Below, in pieces: positions 17,645 through 28,311 of a stretch of 64,000 nucleotides of DNA. A model generated the notes under the pieces. That model saw only the letters and a program-made list of their open reading frames with translations, was not told the origin of the DNA and did not search any database. Made by a program: the position numbers and the translations under genes. The number at the start of each line of letters is the position of its first letter. Position 1 is the first letter of the stretch. This stretch comes from Chitinophagaceae bacterium (GTDB lineage Bacteria; Bacteroidota; Bacteroidia; Chitinophagales; Chitinophagaceae): NCBI GenBank assembly GCA_947371755.1, contig CANBQT010000009.1, positions 689 through 64,688 of the forward strand, written 5' to 3'.

Positions 17645-19189
17645 ATGAAAAAAAATACTATAAAAATATATTTAGTAATTGCGATATTGACACTTGCATA
17701 TTGTTCAAAAAAAATTACTTCAAGAACTGATAATTTACCTGCTTTAAATCCTGCCAGTATTGATATCACTGCAGGCGCATGGAAGACTATTCTTTTAAAA
17801 AGACCAGATACATTTGCGGTAGCTACTCCACTTTTGGTAACCAATGTAAATTATATAGCAGAACTAAATGAGATCAAAGGCTTGCAAAAGAATCTCTCAA
17901 AAGAACAGGATGAAAATATTAAATATTGGGCCGCTGGTGGCGTTTTAAGATGGAATGAAATTATGCGTGCATTAGTAGCAAAGTATAATTTACCTCCTTA
18001 TCAAAATCCTGATGGAACTTATCCAATACCAAGTTCCGCTAATCCATTTGCCTATCCTTTATTTCCATTTGCCAATCCACCTTATGCTGCAAGAGCATAT
18101 GCATATATAACAGCAGCACAGTATGATGCTTTGGTAGCATGCTGGTACTATAAAAAATTATACAACCGTCCTGCTCCATATATAACTGATGTGAACATAG
18201 TTGCAAAAGTTCCTTCAACCACTTTACCTTCTTACCCATCAGAAGCTGCAGTGTTAGCAGGTGTTACAGCAGAAATGATGAAACTATTATTTCCAACTGA
18301 GATTGGAGCAATTCAATTAAAAGCACAGGCACATGAAGATGCTGCAATCATGTCGGGTTCTGCAACAAGAAGTGATATTGCTGCAGGTGAAGCTCTGGGC
18401 AGACAAATTGCACAGACCTTCATCGCAAGAGCCAGAACAGATAATGCTGGTAAGGCAGTAGGAACCCCTGCAGACTGGGCAAATTTTGAAACATCCACTG
18501 CAGCAAAAGGAGAAATCCCCTGGATCAGTCAGGATAATCCAAAACGCCCAGGTATGTTACCACTTTTTGGCAAAGTGATCCCTTTCTTATTTGATACTGC
18601 AACAACAAGGGCTTTGGTTCCTCCACCACCGCCTCTTACTTCAAGTGATCAAATGAAAAAGGAAACTGCGGAGGTTTATAGCTATACAAGCAATCCTACA
18701 TTAGAAAACAAACAACTTGTTTTATTCTGGGGCGATGGTGTGGGTACCTATACTCCACCAGGACATTGGAACGCAATTGCTGCTGAAGATTTTATTCCAA
18801 AAAATTTAAGTGAAGTAAAATGGGCCAGAAATCTGGCATTACTCAATATGAGTTTAATGGATGCAGGAATTGTATGTTGGAATACCAAGTATACTTATTA
18901 TAATCCAAGACCTTCTCAATTAAACCCCGCGATTAAAACATTAACAGGGTTGCCTAATTTCCCATCTTATATCTCTGGACACTCTACATTTAGTGGTGCA
19001 GCTTCTACCATTCTTGGTTATTTAAATCCAGAAAGAGCAGCTGCTTATACACAAATGGCTGCAGATGCTTCTAAATCAAGACTGGTGGGCGGTCTGCATT
19101 ATCGATCCGATTGTGAAATTGGGATCAAAGTAGGAAACAGTGTAGGTCAGTATGCTGTTGATCGAGCAAAATTAGACGGAGCCAATTAA
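17645..19189 (+). CDS. PAP2/vanadium-dependent haloperoxidase-like (probable lipoprotein)
   Basis: C-half carries all three motifs: K-YTYYNP-RP, PSYISGHS, SRLVGGLHYRSD. N-terminal signal with Cys20 (atypical lipobox LAYC). Confidence 0.85.
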   Translation: MKKNTIKIYLVIAILTLAYCSKKITSRTDNLPALNPASIDITAGAWKTILLKRPDTFAVATPLLVTNVNYIAELNEIKGLQKNLSKEQDENIKYWAAGGVLRWNEIMRALVAKYNLPPYQNPDGTYPIPSSANPFAYPLFPFANPPYAARAYAYITAAQYDALVACWYYKKLYNRPAPYITDVNIVAKVPSTTLPSYPSEAAVLAGVTAEMMKLLFPTEIGAIQLKAQAHEDAAIMSGSATRSDIAAGEALGRQIAQTFIARARTDNAGKAVGTPADWANFETSTAAKGEIPWISQDNPKRPGMLPLFGKVIPFLFDTATTRALVPPPPPLTSSDQMKKETAEVYSYTSNPTLENKQLVLFWGDGVGTYTPPGHWNAIAAEDFIPKNLSEVKWARNLALLNMSLMDAGIVCWNTKYTYYNPRPSQLNPAIKTLTGLPNFPSYISGHSTFSGAASTILGYLNPERAAAYTQMAADASKSRLVGGLHYRSDCEIGIKVGNSVGQYAVDRAKLDGAN

Positions 19190-19207
19190 ACTTATATTTC
19201 AATGTAT

Positions 19208-19240
19208 AAAAAAAAGCCATCTTCAGGATGGCTTTTTTTT
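19208..19240. terminator. Bidirectional intrinsic terminator
   Basis: aaaaaaaagccatc-ttcag-gatggctttttttt between convergent genes. Confidence 0.85.
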
Positions 19241-19265
19241 ATACTGCTAAGAATTGAAAAGAGGT

Positions 19266-20222
19266 TTACCAATTTTCTAATCCCAATAATTTCTTGCCTA
19301 ACTCATTCAATGATGCAGTATCATATTTTGTCTGCTCCCAATTTCTTGGGTCACCTGGAAATGCATAACCTTCTGGCGCTATTCTATTTTTCCATGAATT
19401 TACTCTCCATTGACGCAGGGCTTCATTGTCTTCTTCAGCTGGCATCATAGAAATATACTGTGCAATTCTTACTTTATCTCCACTATTATTTGCTCTGATA
19501 CCATGTGGTTCTGTACTATTAAATATCAGTAAATCACCTGCTTCTAATTTTACTTTTGTAGGAGTAAATCCAGTTGTATCTGGTTTAAAACGGTCTCTAT
19601 CTGCTGGTTGTGTTAATTTCCAAGTATCATAATTTCGATATAATTCTGGAATGCATTGAAATCCACCCATATTCTCATCCGTTTGATCTGCCAATGCTAA
19701 TACACCTTGCACATTCACTGGTTTTGTTTCTGGATCGTAGTCCCAGTGTATAAATGCTTTGTATTCAAATCCTGGTCTTATTGGAAAATTTAAGTTCGCA
19801 CGATCAATGGTTACCCATAATTTTTCTGTGCCCCAGATATCAACAAATGCATCATACACTTTTTGCATTTGTCTGTTATTCCATAAATGTTGGTTATTGT
19901 AACATTCAACCATTCCTGTATTGGCTAATTCTTTCATTTTCATTTCTGCTCTTGGTTCGGTATACCAAGTATTGATATCATTGGGATCTTTCTCTTCAAA
20001 CTCCCATAAAAATGTAGCAGTTGCCAAAGCTTGTTCGCGGGGTACTGCATTTTTAATCACGATATATCCATGATGGATCCAGAAAGCCCAATCCTCCTCT
20101 GTTAAAACTCTCAGAGGTTTTCCGTTGGATCGATCGTTCAATTTTTCTGTGCTACTTTTTGCTGTAGATGGATTTCCCGGAATGTCTTTATGAGCATTAT
20201 TGGGAATCATGGTAGTGGCCAT
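19266..20222 (-). CDS. Phytanoyl-CoA dioxygenase (PhyH) family 2OG/Fe(II) oxygenase
   Basis: GYIVIKNAVP, FIHWDYD (HxD), QGVLAL, GGFQCIP, GDLLIF, PHG, RIAQY. Start codon uncertain (20222 chosen; track 20270). Confidence 0.88.
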   Translation of the reverse strand: MATTMIPNNAHKDIPGNPSTAKSSTEKLNDRSNGKPLRVLTEEDWAFWIHHGYIVIKNAVPREQALATATFLWEFEEKDPNDINTWYTEPRAEMKMKELANTGMVECYNNQHLWNNRQMQKVYDAFVDIWGTEKLWVTIDRANLNFPIRPGFEYKAFIHWDYDPETKPVNVQGVLALADQTDENMGGFQCIPELYRNYDTWKLTQPADRDRFKPDTTGFTPTKVKLEAGDLLIFNSTEPHGIRANNSGDKVRIAQYISMMPAEEDNEALRQWRVNSWKNRIAPEGYAFPGDPRNWEQTKYDTASLNELGKKLLGLENW

Positions 20223-20340
20223 TGTTTGTGGTTGCATTTGGCAAGTTTTAGATATTTTAAGGTAACCCAAATTTTAGAATCTTATAAGGCATAACAGGAA
20301 TTTTATTCCAAGTTTTTTAAAAAAATATTTGGCAATCTAA

Positions 20341-20368
20341 ATATTCATCGTAATTTTACGATGAATAT
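20341..20368. promoter_or_regulatory. Perfect 13-2-13 inverted repeat, probable ArsR operator overlapping the arsR promoter
   Basis: atattcatcgtaa-tt-ttacgatgaatat immediately before arsR; TTTG (20328-31) plus 19 nt plus TAATTTTA (20351-58) resembles a -33/-7 promoter. Confidence 0.8.
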
Positions 20369-20699
20369 GGGAGCGAGTAAAACTAGTGAATACACAGAAA
20401 AAGAAATTGCGTTAGCCAATTATGCTAAGGCATTGTCGCATCCTGCCAGGATTGCTATTTTAAATTTATTGGTAAAAAAGCAGGCTTGTATCTGTGGTGA
20501 TATTGTGGATGAGTTACCACTTTCACAAAGTACGGTTTCACAACATTTAATAAAACTGAAGGAAGCTGGTTTGATCAAGGGAGATATTGATGGTGCTTCT
20601 GTATGCTATTGCATCGACGAAAAAGAATGGAAAAAAGCGATGTCTCAAATGGGCGAATTATTTCAAACCTTATTGACTAACAAATCTAAATGTTGTTGA
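20367..20699 (+). CDS. arsR: ArsR/SmtB family As(III)-responsive repressor
   Basis: [32 protein letters not shown]-terminal CC. Start taken at MGASKT. Confidence 0.9.
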   Translation: MGASKTSEYTEKEIALANYAKALSHPARIAILNLLVKKQACICGDIVDELPLSQSTVSQHLIKLKEAGLIKGDIDGASVCYCIDEKEWKKAMSQMGELFQTLLTNKSKCC

Positions 20700-20713
20700 T
20701 TTTTTTTGAACTT

Positions 20714-20733
20714 ATTCATCGTCTTATTACGAT
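20714..20733. promoter_or_regulatory. Degenerate second copy of the ArsR-type operator upstream of arsM
   Basis: attcatcgt-cttat-tacgat versus attcatcgt-aattt-tacgat in the first copy. Confidence 0.6.
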
Positions 20734-20759
20734 ATTATAAACAACTTAAAATACATGTT

Positions 20760-21611
20760 ATGCAAACTGAAGATCAATTAAAAGAAATAGTTAGACAGAA
20801 GTACAGTGAGATTGCCTTACAAGACAAAGAAACCAATATGTCTTCCTGCTGTGGGGCAGGTGGTTGCTCAACCGAGGTATACAATATCATGAGCGACGAC
20901 TACACTCATTTAGCAGGATATAATGCAGATGCCGACTTAGGTCTTGGTTGTGGCTTACCCACACAATTTGCAAAAATTAAAAAAGGTGATGTGGTAGTTG
21001 ATCTGGGAAGCGGTGCAGGCAATGATTGTTTCATAGCAAGACATGAAACCGGAGAAACCGGTAAAGTAATTGGCATTGATTTTACTACTGCCATGATTGA
21101 TAGAGCAAGAGCTAACGCAGAAGCCAGAGGATTTAATAATGTTGAATTCAGACAAGGCGATATTGAGAAAATGCCTATCACCTCCAATGCGGCAGATGTA
21201 ATTGTTAGTAATTGTGTACTGAATTTAGTACCTAATAAAGATGCAGTAATCAAAGAAATTTACAGAGTACTCAAGCCAGGTGGTCACTTCAGTATTAGTG
21301 ATGTGGTTCTATTAGGCGCACTTCCAGAAGGTTTAAGAAAAGACGCAGAAATGTATGCCGGTTGTGTGGCAGGTGCTATCCAAAGAGATGTATATCTGGA
21401 ATTGATCCAAGCCAATGGTTTTGAGAATATCACCATTCAAAAAGAAAAACCAATTGTAATTCCTGATGATATTTTGATCAACTATTTAAGTGCTGAGAAA
21501 ATAGAACTTTTAAAAAATGGCAATACAGGAATATTCAGCATCACCGTATTTGCCCAAAAACCATTAACAGAAAAACAAAGCTGCTGCACGCCAGGTTCAG
21601 GTTGCTGCTAA
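20760..21611 (+). CDS. arsM: Arsenite S-adenosylmethionine methyltransferase
   Basis: SSCCG, LGLGCGLP, VDLGSGAGND, GDIE, ISNCVLNL, GGHFSISD, YAGCVAGA, C-terminal SCC..GSGCC. Start MQTEDQ at 20760. Confidence 0.93.
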   Translation: MQTEDQLKEIVRQKYSEIALQDKETNMSSCCGAGGCSTEVYNIMSDDYTHLAGYNADADLGLGCGLPTQFAKIKKGDVVVDLGSGAGNDCFIARHETGETGKVIGIDFTTAMIDRARANAEARGFNNVEFRQGDIEKMPITSNAADVIVSNCVLNLVPNKDAVIKEIYRVLKPGGHFSISDVVLLGALPEGLRKDAEMYAGCVAGAIQRDVYLELIQANGFENITIQKEKPIVIPDDILINYLSAEKIELLKNGNTGIFSITVFAQKPLTEKQSCCTPGSGCC

Positions 21612-21627
21612 TTAATAAAATATAATT

Positions 21628-22041
21628 ATGAAGAAAGTACTAGTCTTATGTACTGGCAATAGCTGCCGTAGTCAAATCGCGGATGGTTATCTACAATTTT
21701 TTGCAGGTGATAAAGCTCAAGTATACAGCGCAGGTGTTGAAACTCATGGAGTAAATCCAAAAGCAATTGCTACCATGATGGAAGATGGGATTGATATCTC
21801 AAAACATACTTCCAATAATGTATTAGAATATCAAGGAATAGATTTTGATTTTGTGATAACCGTATGTGATAATGCAAAAGAAAGATGCCCTTATTTTCCA
21901 AGCAGGGCCGAAAAATTTCATTACAATTTTCCAGATCCTGCAAAAGCAACAGGTACGGAATTGGAAATTAAAAATGAATTTGCCAGAGTAAGAGAATTGA
22001 TCAAAAACTATTGCCAAACATTCGTAAAAGAACATCTATAA
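21628..22041 (+). CDS. arsC: Thioredoxin-type arsenate reductase (LMW-PTP fold)
   Basis: VLCTGNSCRSQ P-loop, SAG, ITVCD...CP, FPDP. Confidence 0.92.
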   Translation: MKKVLVLCTGNSCRSQIADGYLQFFAGDKAQVYSAGVETHGVNPKAIATMMEDGIDISKHTSNNVLEYQGIDFDFVITVCDNAKERCPYFPSRAEKFHYNFPDPAKATGTELEIKNEFARVRELIKNYCQTFVKEHL

Positions 22042-22104
22042 CAAAACTGTTTAATACAATAGTATTCAAGTATTTGATTTAAATTCGATATGCCTTAACT
22101 CATA

Positions 22105-22860
22105 TTGCTAATATATCAAACAGCGAATTTGAAAAAATGCTCTGCGATTGTATTGATAGCACTTTGCTATTCTTCGTTCCTATTTGCCCAAAAAGAAAAG
22201 TCTTCTATACCAGTTACAGTTAGCGGTAATATCCAACTTACCAATAATGGTACTGCCCCGGCTCCCATATTTGCTTTGGGCAGACCAGCGATCATTAGTT
22301 CCACTTATATCAAAAAAGGAGGATTTTATTTTAATCCGGAATTTTATTTTGGCATAGATGCCAAACCCTGGATAATGAATGTAAGATTGGGATATAATTT
22401 TATCAATAACAAGAAGCTCACACTAGGAGTAGCACTGAACCCAAACTTTTTCTTTTTACAAAGGAACCCAGTCTTAAATAAAAATGAAGAATTTCAACTA
22501 CAAAGATATTTGGGTAATGAGCTTAATGGCGAAATAAAAATTAATGGGAATAGAAAAATTCAGTTCAATTATTGGCATAGTCTTCGTCTAGATCAACTAG
22601 GTGTTAAAAGCGAAGAGTATTTTAATCTGGCTTATTCCATGGAAAATTTAAAAATCGGAAAGAGTGCCATACTAGGTTTTCACCCAAGTATTTTTTATTT
22701 ATACGATGTGGATATGATGGAGGGTCTATTTATATCCCAAACTTCTAATTTTCAAATGAAGAATTGGAAATTCAATTTTTATGTGCAAACTACTATACCC
22801 CTTATTGTAACACCTGCAAATGGGTTTATCTGGAATTTTGGAATTAATGTTCCCTTCTAA
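22105..22860 (+). CDS. Hypothetical outer-membrane beta-barrel protein (paralogue A)
   Basis: Signal peptide, amphipathic strands, C-terminal WNFGINVPF; start uncertain. Confidence 0.65.
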   Translation: MLIYQTANLKKCSAIVLIALCYSSFLFAQKEKSSIPVTVSGNIQLTNNGTAPAPIFALGRPAIISSTYIKKGGFYFNPEFYFGIDAKPWIMNVRLGYNFINNKKLTLGVALNPNFFFLQRNPVLNKNEEFQLQRYLGNELNGEIKINGNRKIQFNYWHSLRLDQLGVKSEEYFNLAYSMENLKIGKSAILGFHPSIFYLYDVDMMEGLFISQTSNFQMKNWKFNFYVQTTIPLIVTPANGFIWNFGINVPF

Positions 22861-22960
22861 TGCTCTAAAGTATGATTGTTTGAAATTTGTAATAATCAAT
22901 TTGAATACAGTTACATAATATAATAAAAAGGAAGTTCTTTTGTGTTACAAAAATCAATCA

Positions 22961-23743
22961 ATGCCCAATATTTTAATTAAACGGTGGAAAGCATTTTGCA
23001 TATTAATCTTCTCTATCTGTATCGTGCAAATTTCGAGTGCTCAAAATAGTGATAGTGCTAAGAAAGTATACCATTTTTCAGGAAATGCATTAGTTACCAA
23101 TAATGGTATTTCATTTATTCCTACTTTTTCTTTAGGCAAACCTGCTACGATTGTCACATTATCTATGGGAGATAAAAGGCTAAGTTTTGACCCGGAATTC
23201 AGGTTCTCTCTGGAAGGGAAACCTTGGAGTATTCTTTTATGGGGTAGATATAAAATTACCAATACTGATAAATTTAAATTCACTGCAGGAACTCACTTAG
23301 GTTTGTCCTACAATTTTCCTAATGTGATCATCAATGGTATTTCTACAGATATTACTCAAGTAAAGCGATATCTAGCATCTGAATTAGTACCAAATTATTT
23401 TTTTAATAAAAACTTTAGTGTTGGAATTTATTATTTGTATTCACATGGGTTAGACATTGGAACCACCAATAATACTCATTTTATTACCCTGAATACTAAT
23501 ATTTCGCATATATCTATCCTAAAAGATATTTATATAAATTTCAGGCCACAGGTTTACTATTTGCAATTGGATAAACTGGATGGCTACTTTACAAGTGCAA
23601 CTGTATCGCTACAAAAGAATAAATGCCCATTCTCTATAGCTGCGATATTTAATCAGAAGATCAAAACAAATATAGTTACCAAAGATTTTGTTTGGAATGT
23701 TAGCCTTAATTATTCATTCAATCACAACTATACCCGAAAATAA
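22961..23743 (+). CDS. Hypothetical outer-membrane beta-barrel protein (paralogue B)
   Basis: Shares SGN..(L/V)TNNG...P.F.LG.PA, PEF....(D/E).KPW and WN......Y/F with the upstream ORF. Confidence 0.65.
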   Translation: MPNILIKRWKAFCILIFSICIVQISSAQNSDSAKKVYHFSGNALVTNNGISFIPTFSLGKPATIVTLSMGDKRLSFDPEFRFSLEGKPWSILLWGRYKITNTDKFKFTAGTHLGLSYNFPNVIINGISTDITQVKRYLASELVPNYFFNKNFSVGIYYLYSHGLDIGTTNNTHFITLNTNISHISILKDIYINFRPQVYYLQLDKLDGYFTSATVSLQKNKCPFSIAAIFNQKIKTNIVTKDFVWNVSLNYSFNHNYTRK

Positions 23744-23792
23744 CTAAGAAGAGGTCACCGAATTTACTATTTGAATAGTGTAACTTAACACC

Positions 23793-24692
23793 ATGAATAA
23801 AGTTGAAACCATTGAGGATTTTTATAAAAGAAAATTCGATTGGATGCCCGAAAATTTAAAAAATGAAATTGGGCATTTCAACGTATTTAGGCTAGAACCA
23901 TTTCAAGGCGATAAAGCACAACCCATTCCTTTTAAACGTAGAGATTTTTATAAAATAACTTTTGTGAAAGGTAATAGTAAGGTTTACTATGCCGATAAAG
24001 TTATAGAGGTTAAAAAGCAGGCCTTATCTTTTTCAAACCCTCAAATTCCTTATAAATGGGAGCATCTAGATAAAATTCGTTCTGGTGCTTTTTGCATTTT
24101 TAATCAGCATTTTTTTCATCAGTTTGGAAGCTTAAGTCAATATTCGGTTTTCCAACCTAATGGTACGCATCTCTTTGAGTTAACAGATGAACAAGCTTCT
24201 CAAGTATCAGTCATTTTTGAAAGAATATTTCAAGAAATAAATTCTGAATACGTTCATAAGTACGATGTCTTAAGAAATATCGTTTTTGAATTATTACATT
24301 TTGCTATGAAAATGGAGCCAAGCTCCAATTTCGATAAGCAACCAATCAATGCATCTCAAAGAATTTCTACTTTATTTTTAGAATTGCTCGAAAGACAATT
24401 TCCGATTGACGAAGTGCATCCTAAAATACAATTCAGAACAGCATCAGATTTTGCAAGTCAGTTGAACGTTCACGTAAATCATCTTAACCGCTCAGTAAAA
24501 GACACTACCGAAAAAACAACTTCTCAAATAATAGCAGAGCGTATTTTACAGGAATCGAAAATCCTTTTGAAACATAGTGCATGGTCGGTTTCAGAAATTG
24601 CTTACGCTCTTGGCTTCACAGAAGTAACACACTTCAATAACTTTTTCAAGAAACATACAGCTACAAGCCCATTGAAATTTAGGAATATTTGA
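23793..24692 (+). CDS. AraC family transcriptional regulator
   Basis: RRDFYKI, FA.QLNVHVNHLNRSVK, SVSEIAYALGF....HFNNFFKKHT..SP..FR. Confidence 0.93.
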   Translation: MNKVETIEDFYKRKFDWMPENLKNEIGHFNVFRLEPFQGDKAQPIPFKRRDFYKITFVKGNSKVYYADKVIEVKKQALSFSNPQIPYKWEHLDKIRSGAFCIFNQHFFHQFGSLSQYSVFQPNGTHLFELTDEQASQVSVIFERIFQEINSEYVHKYDVLRNIVFELLHFAMKMEPSSNFDKQPINASQRISTLFLELLERQFPIDEVHPKIQFRTASDFASQLNVHVNHLNRSVKDTTEKTTSQIIAERILQESKILLKHSAWSVSEIAYALGFTEVTHFNNFFKKHTATSPLKFRNI

Positions 24693-24743
24693 TTTTAGTA
24701 GGTACTTCTTTGGTTTTAGTTAATTCCTTCAGCCACTGACTGA

Positions 24744-25769
<1,026 letters not shown>

Positions 25770-25803
25770 AAGTATTTACTAATGCTATTATAGGTCATAA
25801 AAT

Positions 25804-25841
25804 AAAAAGGTCCTCCCAACTGCTTGGGAGGACACTTTTTT
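25804..25841. terminator. Bidirectional intrinsic terminator
   Basis: 10-bp stem gtcctcccaa / ttgggaggac flanked by A and T runs. Confidence 0.8.
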
Positions 25842-25859
25842 ATTTGTGCTATCTATGAA

Positions 25860-28238
25860 TTATTTTTTTGGTTTTGCAACAACGTTCTTTAATTCGTTGA
25901 TGGCGATTTTTGGAACCACAACTTTGTGTACTTTTTCAACTACTACTTCTTTAGCTAATTTGAAAGCTGCCGAAGCATAAGTTTCTTCAGAAGTTCCAAT
26001 TTTTACTGTGTAATCACCAGCATCAGCAACCCATGAGCTACTTGCTGTTTGGAATGATGCCAGATCAGATGCAGTGATTGTGAAATTAAATGTTTGTGAA
26101 GCACCTGGTGCCAATAAACCTGATTTAGCAAATGCTTTTAATTCAGCAACTGGTTTGTCTAACTTAGTAGTAGGTGCGCTGATATATAATTCAGCCACTT
26201 CTTTACCAGCTACTGTTCCTGTATTTGTTACTGTAACACTTGCCTGAATGCTTCCGTTGAGTATAGGTGAACTTAAAGTAAGGTCACTGAATTTGAATTG
26301 TGTATAGGAAAGACCATATCCAAAAGGATAAGCTGTTTTCTTACCAAAGCTGCTATAATAACGATATCCAACATAAACACCTTCTTCATATATCGCTTCA
26401 GCATCTACCGCTTTTTGTCCGAATAAAGCTGGTTTTTCTGTTCCAGGAATTTCTCTTCCAGGAAAGTTTTTAGCACTGATCTCATCGTCATAACTAAGTG
26501 GGAATGTGGTGCTTAATTTTCCTGAAGGATTTACTTTTCCAGAAATGATATCAGCCATTGCATTGCCTCCTTCTAAACCAGGTTGCCATGCTAACAAGAT
26601 ACCATCTACATTATCGCGCCAATTTGTAACGTCTACAACTCCACCCACATTTAAAACAACCACAACTTTCTTATTATTTGCATGGAAAGCAGCTGATACA
26701 TTTTTGATCAATGTTTGTTCTTTCTCAGTTAAAGTATAATCATCTACTACTTTACGATCATTACCTTCACCAGCATTGCGTCCGATAGAGATGATTGCTA
26801 TTTTAGATTCAGATGCAGCTTTTTGTATCAATTCATTAGAAACCGTCATTTCAACAATCGGAGAAGGCGGACTCATTAGGTCTTCCATCAAGCTTCTTAC
26901 AGGTTTCTTTGCAAGTTCTTTAGCTACATAATCACTATAAGTACTATATACATTTGCATTTAAAGAATACCCCGCACGGAATAAACCATCAGCTAAAGGA
27001 ACAGTATACATTCTATTTACATCTCCGCTACCTGTACCACCAGCAACTAAATCCAATGCATTGTTTCCGAAAACAGCAACTGCAGTTCCTTTTTCAATTG
27101 GTAATGCTTTTGCATCGTTTTTCAACAAGACCATACTTTCAGTTGCAGCCCAACGAGAAATTTGAGCGTTGGCTTTTAATGGAGGTGCATCTGTAAATTT
27201 ATAGCCTTTAAAAGTTGGGGTTAATAAAACTAGGTTTAGAATTTCAGTTACGTTTTGATCCAGAACTTTCTCATCCAATTCACCCTTTTTAACTGCATCT
27301 AGAATTGCAGCTTTTTGTTGAGGAGTTCCTGGCATGATCAAGTGGTTATTTGCTTTTTGTTGTCCCACAACATTTCTTCCACTAAACCAATCAGTCATGA
27401 TCATTCCTTTAAAACCAAGGTCCTCACGCAAAATAGTATTCAGTAATTCCGGATTTTCAGAAGTATAAGGTCCGTTTACTAAATTATAAGAACTCATGAT
27501 AGTCCATGGATTAGATTGCTTCACCATGATCTGCCAGCCTTTTAAATAAATTTCTCTCATGGCTCTTTCGCTCATGATTACATTTACAGTATTTCTGTTG
27601 TTTTCATTATTATTTGCAAAAAAGTGTTTAGCAGAAACGCCAATGCCATTCGCTTGAACACCATTTATAATAGCTGCCGCCATTGTTCCTGTAATCAAAG
27701 GATCTTCTGAATAGTATTCAAAATTTCTTCCTCCCAATGGATTTCTATGAATATTCATACCTGGTCCGAGTATCACATCAATTCCAAAGTCTTTTGCTTC
27801 TTTACCATAAGCATCACCCACTTTGCGAAGCACAGCTGTATCCCAGCTTGATGCTAATAAAGTTCCTACTGGCCATGCGGTTGCATAATAAATACGACTC
27901 TTGCCACTATTGAAAGCGTGCGTACCAGAAGGTCCGTCGCACACCACAATGGCAGGAATACCCAAACGTGAAATAGCCACTGTTGTGCCTGCTGCACCTA
28001 ACATTCTTTTCTGTGCTGTGGTAGGTTCAGCACCACCACCCATTCCCGGGAAAGCCATACCAGGCAGGAACATGCCCTGGCCAATTACTAGATCTACTTT
28101 TTCTTGTAAGGTCATTGCCTTTACTACATCTGCCACTGGATTTTTTCCTAGTTGAGGTAGCGCTTGCTGACTAAAAGCTGAGGTTGCCAATAACAGCAAA
28201 CCCAACATGCCAAGCATTTTGGAGAAATTTTTTTTCAT
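25860..28238 (-). CDS. GH3 beta-glucosidase (secreted, FnIII-like C-terminus)
   Basis: CDGP, PGMNIHRNPLGGRNFEYYSEDP, KHF, MSSYN, MTDW nucleophile, VLLKN, GYRYY, YPFGYGLSYT. Confidence 0.95.
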   Translation of the reverse strand: MKKNFSKMLGMLGLLLLATSAFSQQALPQLGKNPVADVVKAMTLQEKVDLVIGQGMFLPGMAFPGMGGGAEPTTAQKRMLGAAGTTVAISRLGIPAIVVCDGPSGTHAFNSGKSRIYYATAWPVGTLLASSWDTAVLRKVGDAYGKEAKDFGIDVILGPGMNIHRNPLGGRNFEYYSEDPLITGTMAAAIINGVQANGIGVSAKHFFANNNENNRNTVNVIMSERAMREIYLKGWQIMVKQSNPWTIMSSYNLVNGPYTSENPELLNTILREDLGFKGMIMTDWFSGRNVVGQQKANNHLIMPGTPQQKAAILDAVKKGELDEKVLDQNVTEILNLVLLTPTFKGYKFTDAPPLKANAQISRWAATESMVLLKNDAKALPIEKGTAVAVFGNNALDLVAGGTGSGDVNRMYTVPLADGLFRAGYSLNANVYSTYSDYVAKELAKKPVRSLMEDLMSPPSPIVEMTVSNELIQKAASESKIAIISIGRNAGEGNDRKVVDDYTLTEKEQTLIKNVSAAFHANNKKVVVVLNVGGVVDVTNWRDNVDGILLAWQPGLEGGNAMADIISGKVNPSGKLSTTFPLSYDDEISAKNFPGREIPGTEKPALFGQKAVDAEAIYEEGVYVGYRYYSSFGKKTAYPFGYGLSYTQFKFSDLTLSSPILNGSIQASVTVTNTGTVAGKEVAELYISAPTTKLDKPVAELKAFAKSGLLAPGASQTFNFTITASDLASFQTASSSWVADAGDYTVKIGTSEETYASAAFKLAKEVVVEKVHKVVVPKIAINELKNVVAKPKK

Positions 28239-28311
28239 TGCAATCGGTATTAACGTTTATTTGTTTGTGTCAATCTGACGCAAAGTAATATTTCTTTTTA
28301 ATATTTCATAG

